From Blastocatellia bacterium (GTDB lineage: Bacteria > Acidobacteriota > Blastocatellia > Pyrinomonadales > Pyrinomonadaceae): a stretch of DNA of 64,000 nucleotides. Below, one piece after another: positions 58,204-64,000 of the stretch. Made by a program: the position numbers and the translations under genes. Each line of letters begins with the position of its first letter. Positions within the stretch are counted from its first letter, which is position 1. The stretch is from the NCBI GenBank assembly GCA_963828335.1, contig CAWHEH010000007.1, forward strand, positions 156,047 to 220,046, in the 5' to 3' direction. Under the pieces are notes generated by a model that was given only the letters and a program-made list of their open reading frames with translations, did no database searches and was not told the DNA's origin.

Positions 58204-59570
58204 CTATCTCAGAGATTTGAACGATGCTCGCACTTCGGTCACGAAGTATTCCGTCTGCTCCCAGGCCGCAAAGTGCCCGCCCTTGGGTAGGCGGTTGTAG
58301 TGGATGAGTTTGGGATACGCCTTCTCTGCCCAACTCTTCGGCGCTTGATAGATTTCTTCCGCAAACGCGCTCACGGCGACCGGGAGCTTGACGCCTCTCG
58401 CGTCGAAGAAGCCGCCTGCCGGCAAATTGTGCGCCGTGTCCCAGTAGAGACGCGCCGAAGAGATCGCGGTATTCGTCAGCCAGTAGAGCGTGATGTTGTC
58501 GAGAACGTCGTCGCGGGTCAGCCCTTCAGGCTTGCCGTCGAAAACGCGCGCGATCATCTGGTAGCTGCGAATGTCGTGATCGAGTATCCAGCTCGCAAGA
58601 CCAACCGGCGAATCGACGATTCCGTAAAGCGTCTGCGGACGAAGCGCCATCTCGTTGGCGTAGCCCAGCCCGTTCTTGTAGAAGTCATCGAGCCCATCCC
58701 ACGCGTGCTTTTCCTCCGGCGAAAGGCCGGCGGGCGGCGGGCCGCCTACGGAAAGCGCCTTCGAAACATCGGGCGGAACCGTCGCCGCCATGTTGGTGTG
58801 AATGCCGAGCAATCCGGGCGGCTGCTGCAGAGCCATCACCTCCGAAACGGCATTGCCCCAGTCGCCACCCTGCGCCACGTACTTTGTGTAGCCGAGGCGT
58901 TGCATCAGCGTCGCCCACGCTTTCGCAATGCTAACCGGATTCCATCCGGGCTTCGTCGGCTTGCCGGAGAAGCCGTAGCCCGGCAGCGACGGAATCACGA
59001 GATGAAAGGCATCGCGCCGCGGTTCCGCCATGGGCGGTGGGATTGGTCAGCGGCTCGATGATCTTCAGCTGCTCGATGATCGAGCCGGGCCAGCCATGCG
59101 TGACGATCATCGGCAGCGCATTTTCTTGCTTCGAGCGAACGTGAATGAAATGAATGTCGAGCCCGTCGATCTCGGTGATGAAGTTCGGCACGGCGTTGAT
59201 CTTCGCCTCGCACTTGCGCCAATCGTGCTCGTTCGCCCAATACTGCGCGAGCTTCTGCATCGTCGCGAGCTGCACGCCTTGGGTTGCGTCGGCCACCTGT
59301 TCGCGTTCAGGCCACTTGGTCGCCGTTGATGCGTTTGCGCAAATCGGTGAGGTCCGCTTGTGGTGCCTCAAAGTGAAATGGACGAATAGCGGTCTTGTCA
59401 GCTGCCTGTTCGGTAGCACTGGTTTGGGTCACGGTCTCCTCCTCTTGAATTGTTTTGGATTTCGAATCTGCAAATGCCTCGGCGATCGTCCCTGGGCTGA
59501 ACGCGGCTGCCATCCCCAATAGCGAGCTCGTCTTGAGAAAGCGACGGCGCGATCTATCCTCTGGTTTCAT
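58204..59570 (-). pseudogene. Tat-exported microsomal-type epoxide hydrolase, paralog 2, with 2 frameshifts
   Basis: Three fragments (59570-59307, 59419-58931, 59031-58204) in successive frames. The N-terminus RSRRRFLKTSSLLGMAAAF is a Tat signal. HGWPGS and GGDWGN motifs are present. One extra base near 59323 splits RKRIN|ATKWPERE and another near 59015 splits AHGGTAA|DAFHLVIPS. I placed both by alignment with paralogs 1 and 3. Confidence 0.8.
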
Positions 59571-59661
59571 TGTGTGCTCCCCTAACTAATGGCAACTTGA
59601 TTTTGTCGCATGCAATCCGGGAAGACGTCGCGCACGTTTGTGCATGCAGCCCTCGTAAAAA

Positions 59662-60879
59662 CTACCGCAGTGATCTGAAGCCTGCGCGAACATCTTCTGA
59701 ATAGAGCTCTGGCTGCTCCCAGGCCGCAAAGTGTCCGCCTTTGTCCTGCTTCTTGTAATAGACGAGTTGGGAATAGGCCCGCTCTGCCCACGTCCGAGGA
59801 GCTTGAAAGACCTCGTCCGGAAACGCGCTGAACGCGGTCGGAATGGCGACGTGTTTCGGGGCAAAGAAGGCGGATTTGTTTTCCCAATAGATACGAGCTG
59901 AGGAGACCGCCGTGTTCGTCAACCAGAAGAGAGTGATGTTGTCGAGAACATCGTCTCGCGTGAGACCTTCGGACTGACCGTCGAAGACCCGTGTAATAAG
60001 CGCGTAACTGCGGTCGTCGTGGTCGAGCATCCAGGCGGCCAGGCCGACAGGTGAATCCCCAATTGCGTACATCGTCTGCGGGCGGGTCGACATCTCCTGA
60101 GCGTAGCCCAGGCCGTGCTGGTATAAGGATGCCAGCCGCTCGCACGCGCTTCGTTCGTCGGCTGAGAGATCGGATGGCAGCGGGCTGCCGCTCTGGATCG
60201 CCTTATCGATCTCTGGTGGAACCATGAAAGGCCAGGTGAGGTGAATGCCGAGCAATTCCGGAGGCGCCTGCGCAGCCATGACATCCGAGATCATTGCTCC
60301 CCAATCGCCACCTGACGCCACAAATCGCGGGTATCCCAGGCGCTTCATCAGTTCGACCCAGGCGCGTGCGATGTGGGCGGGGTCCCAGCCAGTCGTGGTC
60401 GGCTTACCGGAGAACCCGAAGCCCGGGATCGACGGAATGACCACGTGGAAAGCGTCTGATGCCTTCCCGCCATGCGCAGTGGGATTGACCAGTGGATCGA
60501 TGATCTTCAGCTGCTCGATGATCGAACCCGGCCATCCGTGTGTGACGATGAGCGGCAACGCATCGTCATGCTTCGAGCGAACCTGAATGAAGTGAATCTC
60601 CAATCCGTCGAGCTCAGTCACGTGATTCGGCAGGGCGTTCAGCCTCGCTTCGACTTTTCGCCAGTCGTAATCTTTCGCCCAATAGCGCGCGAGTTTCTGA
60701 ATCGTCGCGAGCTGCACGCCTTGCGAAGCGTCGCTGACGACTTCCCGCTCAGGCCACTTGGTTGCGTTTATGCGTCTGCGCAATTCGTCAAGTTCCGCTT
60801 CCGGAACATTCACCCGAAACGGACGAATTGCATTCTTGTCGGCTATCTGCTCGGGTTGTGTAGCACTGGTTTGCGTCAT
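59662..60879 (-). CDS. Microsomal-type epoxide hydrolase, paralog 3
   Basis: IRPFRVNVPEAELDELRRRINATKWPERE, HGWPGS and SGGDWGA motifs. GAGGAGG SD. Confidence 0.85.
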   Translation of the reverse strand: MTQTSATQPEQIADKNAIRPFRVNVPEAELDELRRRINATKWPEREVVSDASQGVQLATIQKLARYWAKDYDWRKVEARLNALPNHVTELDGLEIHFIQVRSKHDDALPLIVTHGWPGSIIEQLKIIDPLVNPTAHGGKASDAFHVVIPSIPGFGFSGKPTTTGWDPAHIARAWVELMKRLGYPRFVASGGDWGAMISDVMAAQAPPELLGIHLTWPFMVPPEIDKAIQSGSPLPSDLSADERSACERLASLYQHGLGYAQEMSTRPQTMYAIGDSPVGLAAWMLDHDDRSYALITRVFDGQSEGLTRDDVLDNITLFWLTNTAVSSARIYWENKSAFFAPKHVAIPTAFSAFPDEVFQAPRTWAERAYSQLVYYKKQDKGGHFAAWEQPELYSEDVRAGFRSLR

Positions 60880-60958
60880 GGTTTCCTCCTCTCAAATAGG
60901 GTTGGACTTTTTGTTGTGTTGGTGGTCGTCCTTGTCAGCCTCTTCTGCGCTCTCCGCA

Positions 60959-61489
60959 TCAAGGTGAGTAACGAGTGAAAACGAAGTCGCGGTCTTTGAT
61001 AGCCTGATGGCAGGGAAAGCATTTTTTGAGATCTGACTCTGGGCCAGGTTTGCCGTCCTTATCAAATTGGGCGTACCCCCAGCCACCGGTCGCGGCGTAC
61101 TTTTTTGAATCCTTGACCATAAACTGGAGATACCAGGGTGGCTCGGATCCAGCTACAAAGGATTGTTCGCGGCCAAAGATTTTGTTGTTCTCCTCCGAGG
61201 GCACGTGATACCACGCTATTCGACCAACGATGGCACCCTCTGGAAACGGAAGCTTCCCCTCGCGATAGCTCTTGATCGCTATGTCGTTGCCCAGAATGGC
61301 GCGGATGTCCTTGAGTTGGCCTTCCTCGTGGGCCACAGAGACCAACTTCCAGTCGCGGTATCCAGGTGGAATTTTGGTTACAAAGGTCGGGGTGTCCTCT
61401 TGATTGGTGTGTCGAGATGCGAACGCCGTGAAGGCGACAACCCCAGCCAACGTTGCACCTGCAAGCAGCAAGAAAGTCATCCTTTTCAT
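60959..61489 (-). CDS. Secreted cytochrome P460-family haem protein
   Basis: Signal peptide MKRMTFLLLAGATLAGVVAFTAFA. PPGYRDWKLVSVAHE...IRAILGNDIA pattern and a C-terminal CFPCH (CxxCH) haem-binding motif. Confidence 0.7.
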   Translation of the reverse strand: MKRMTFLLLAGATLAGVVAFTAFASRHTNQEDTPTFVTKIPPGYRDWKLVSVAHEEGQLKDIRAILGNDIAIKSYREGKLPFPEGAIVGRIAWYHVPSEENNKIFGREQSFVAGSEPPWYLQFMVKDSKKYAATGGWGYAQFDKDGKPGPESDLKKCFPCHQAIKDRDFVFTRYSP

Positions 61490-61629
61490 AGAGGTTCCTC
61501 CTTCAAATAATCCTTAGGCGCGCAGGCACCTCTGGTAATCACCTATTAGGGTTCAGAACCGTCTCCGATTCATTCTGTTCATCGCAGGTGCGGAGTACAC
61601 CACACGCGCAAAGGCGAGTCTATTGGACG

Positions 61630-61649
61630 AAGGTATCGATCGATACCTT
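61630..61649. promoter_or_regulatory. Perfect 20-bp palindrome in the divergent P460 / PAS-sensor intergenic region
   Basis: AAGGTATCGATCGATACCTT is its own reverse complement. Candidate dimeric-regulator operator. Confidence 0.25.
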
Positions 61650-62041
61650 GGTATTAGTTGGAGTGGAGCGGCGTTTGTTGATGAGGATGGACCACTAGTG
61701 TTCTGTTTCTGGCGTTTCGTCAAATAGTGATTGTCTTCAGCTTGCGAACCAGGCGATAGCATAACCCCAGAATATCAAGTCGCAATTCATTTGGAGTTCA
61801 GGTGAAGTTCAGCGAAGCGTACCTTGAGCGCCTATAAGGCGAATTTTAGGGGCTCCTGTGTTGCTGAGGCGGGACACGCTGGTGCTACAATCAGCCGCAA
61901 ATCTACAGCAAAGCCTTTTGGTCTTCCCCCGTAGAGTGGCGCGTTCTCGTGCCATGCAAATCCCCCGGAAAAGAACCAAGATGGATATTGAACTCAGACG
62001 CTTCGTCGAGGTGTTTCCCGCATTCTCGAAGGGACACTGGC

Positions 62042-64000
62042 ATGCCTGAAACCATCCGAGTAAGACCCTGGCCCACGCGCCTGGCTGCGGGTTCGGGTAT
62101 GTTCATGGGGGCATTAGGTCTAACTGTACTGGTTGGTTGGTTCTCTCACACTCCCGCGTTGATCCAGTTTGGGCCACAACTACCACCAATGACGCGCAAC
62201 GCAGCCGCATGTTCCCTGCTGGGTGGACTCGCCTTGCTAACGGTAGTTCTCAGTGGTCCACGTTGGTTGACAGTCGTGTGCGCGGGAATAGTCAGCGCCA
62301 TAACAATCCTTACCATCGGCGAATATGTCTTTGGAGTGAATGCCGGGATCGACGATCTCCTGGGGCCGCCTTACATCCCCATCCGAGTGTCGAGCCCAGG
62401 GCGCATGGCGCCAGTGGCGGCGATCTGTTTCGCCTTGGGTTCCTTCGAGCTGCTGCTGCTACCCAAGATCCTATCGAAGCGGGACTCGCTGTTGCTGGGG
62501 TTGACCGGTTCGATCATCGCGGCCGCTGGGATAGCAACGTGCATGGCCTTTACGCTCGGGTCGAGTAATGTTGTCGGCTGGGGTCACGATACCCGAGCAT
62601 CGCTCCCTGCGGCAGTCGCCCTCTGTGTTTTTGGGTGTGGCATACTTGCGCTGGCCTGGCGCGTTGAAATGGACCGGGCCGGCACACCCAGATGGTTGCC
62701 GATGAGCGTAGGGATCGGAATCTCTACGTGCAGCCTGGGTTTGTGGCAAGCGCTGGTCGGCGATGGATACGCACCGTTCGCGCTGTTACCTGCAGTTGCC
62801 CTCGGTGGCGGGGTCTTGATGGCGCCTATCTTCGGGTTGACGGTCTACCTGGCGCAACGCGCATACACACAGGCCGCGGCTCTGCGACAAAGCGAAGCGC
62901 GCAAGTCAGCGATCCTGGATTCGGCACTCGACTGCATCATGACGATCGATCACGAAGGCAGGATCACTGAGTTCAATCCAGCTGCGGAGCGCACCTTTGG
63001 TTACCGTCGGCACGAAGTGGTGGGCAAGGAGTTGGCCGATGTCATCGTCCCGCCATCACTGCGGGAGCAACACCGGCGGGGGTTCGCTCGCTATCTCGCC
63101 ACGGGCGAGACACGAGTGCTCGGAAGGCGTGTTGAGATGACTGCGCTACGTGCCGACGGGACCGAATTCCCCGTCGAGCTCGCGATCACACGCATCACTT
63201 TGGATGGACCACCCTCTTTCACCGGCTACCTGCGCGACATAACGGAGCGCAAGCGCGCGGTCGAACGGTTGCAAGCCAATCAGGACCTGCTCGCTCTCGC
63301 ACAGAAATCCGCCCGCGCGATGGCTTTCGATTGGTACGTCCAACAAGAAGTCAATGTCTGGTCGCCCGAGCAAGAAGCCTTGCACGGCATGCCACCTGGC
63401 AGTTTCGACGGCACGTATCAGAGTTGGAAACGGACGATTTACCCGCCAGACTGGCCGGTAGTTCTCAAAGCCATCAAACACGCCGAGGAAACTGGAGATG
63501 TGACGGCAGAGTGGCGCGTCAGGTGGCCCGATGGCAGCCTTCATTGGCTGGCAACAAATGGTCAGATGTTTTTCGATGATCAGGGTAAACCATTTCGCAT
63601 GGTCGGATTCACAGCCGATGTCACACGTCGAAAACTTGCCGAGGAAGACTTACGTCGCAGCGAGGCGTTCCTGGCTGAAGCCCAACGGCTCACCTCAATC
63701 GGCAGCTTCTCCTGGGCCGTCGCGACAGATGAACTCACCTGGTCAGAGGAACTCTATCGTATTTTTGAGTTAGACCGGGCTGTCCCCGTAACGTTCGCGC
63801 TGATTGGCATGCGAGTCCATCCAGAAGACTTCCAGTTATTCAAGGAGCACGTTGCGCGCGCTCGTAATGAGGGCGGCGATGTCGAATTCGACTTCCGGTT
63901 GCAGATGCCGGACGCTTCGGTCAAGCACATGCACGTCGTCGCTCACAGCGGTCGAAACGAGACCAGTCAAATCGAGTACATAGGCGCAGTGCAGGACGTA
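62042..64000 (+). CDS. Membrane-anchored multi-PAS sensor protein, probably a histidine kinase (3' end beyond window)
   Basis: Not in the ORF track (truncated). My translation from ATG 62042 is open to base 64000 (653 codons). The first 270 aa or so are hydrophobic (about 6-7 TM). At least three PAS-like modules follow (SAILDSALDCIMTIDHEGRITEFNPAAERTFGY..., ...WRVRWPDGSLHWLATNGQMFFDDQGKPFRMVGFTADVTRRK, SFSWAVATDELTWSEELYRIFEL...). Confidence 0.8.
   Translation, partial: MPETIRVRPWPTRLAAGSGMFMGALGLTVLVGWFSHTPALIQFGPQLPPMTRNAAACSLLGGLALLTVVLSGPRWLTVVCAGIVSAITILTIGEYVFGVNAGIDDLLGPPYIPIRVSSPGRMAPVAAICFALGSFELLLLPKILSKRDSLLLGLTGSIIAAAGIATCMAFTLGSSNVVGWGHDTRASLPAAVALCVFGCGILALAWRVEMDRAGTPRWLPMSVGIGISTCSLGLWQALVGDGYAPFALLPAVALGGGVLMAPIFGLTVYLAQRAYTQAAALRQSEARKSAILDSALDCIMTIDHEGRITEFNPAAERTFGYRRHEVVGKELADVIVPPSLREQHRRGFARYLATGETRVLGRRVEMTALRADGTEFPVELAITRITLDGPPSFTGYLRDITERKRAVERLQANQDLLALAQKSARAMAFDWYVQQEVNVWSPEQEALHGMPPGSFDGTYQSWKRTIYPPDWPVVLKAIKHAEETGDVTAEWRVRWPDGSLHWLATNGQMFFDDQGKPFRMVGFTADVTRRKLAEEDLRRSEAFLAEAQRLTSIGSFSWAVATDELTWSEELYRIFELDRAVPVTFALIGMRVHPEDFQLFKEHVARARNEGGDVEFDFRLQMPDASVKHMHVVAHSGRNETSQIEYIGAVQDV

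Noticed and set aside
1-64000. Defence systems, prophage, toxin-antitoxin pairs, transposases/integrases, tRNA or rRNA genes.
   Set aside because: Reading both strands, I recognised no nuclease, helicase, methylase, reverse-transcriptase, integrase or transposase motif in any ORF. I found no tRNA-like T-arm (GGTTCGAATCC-type) context and no rRNA-like stretch. Every sizeable ORF is explained by metabolic, transport or regulatory families.

Overview
This 64-kb window is GC-rich and nearly fully coding. It probably comes from a soil Acidobacteriota-like chromosome. That origin is low-confidence inference from the CarboxypepD_reg-type TonB receptor, the many Tat/Sec-exported enzymes and the style of the intergenic repeats.

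Gene content:
- Bases 1-42,000 hold a mostly plus-strand glycan/amino-sugar utilisation locus. It contains a GHMP sugar kinase, exported amidohydrolases, a CocE/NonD hydrolase and a TonB-dependent receptor.
- A ROK regulator follows, then an operon of a DHDPS/NAL-family aldolase, a DHOD-fold protein, a GNAT, a NagB-family deaminase and a sodium:solute symporter.
- The same region also carries a DUF4091/GH123-like protein, three beta-helix proteins, a DUF5107-TPR protein, an SGNH hydrolase, a heparinase II/III-like gene and a GH109-like oxidoreductase.
- Bases 42,500-61,500 are an unbroken minus-strand block of oxidoreductase and hydrolase genes. It includes three microsomal-type epoxide hydrolase paralogs, a fourth HGWP alpha/beta hydrolase, an MBL hydrolase, a VOC protein, MsrA and a cytochrome P460-like protein.
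- The window ends in a truncated membrane multi-PAS sensor.

I found no rRNA, tRNA, CRISPR array, transposase, integrase, phage gene or recognisable defence gene.

Two things stand out:
- At least 11 long-stem palindromic or hairpin-rich intergenic elements, from several unrelated sequence families, separate the transcription units between 16.8 and 39.5 kb. Their layout resembles REPINs: 26-39 bp arms with 40-86 nt spacers. Some bracket single genes or blocks of broken genes, and some contribute codons to ORF ends.
- Twelve frameshifts fall in only five genes, all encoding exported proteins. Eleven are insertion-type. This is either clustered gene decay or a consensus-calling artefact, and the artefact must be excluded first.

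The most plausible undescribed biology is the repeat system, together with the unusual aldolase/DHOD-fold/GNAT/deaminase/symporter amino-sugar operon. Both remain hypotheses from sequence reading alone.
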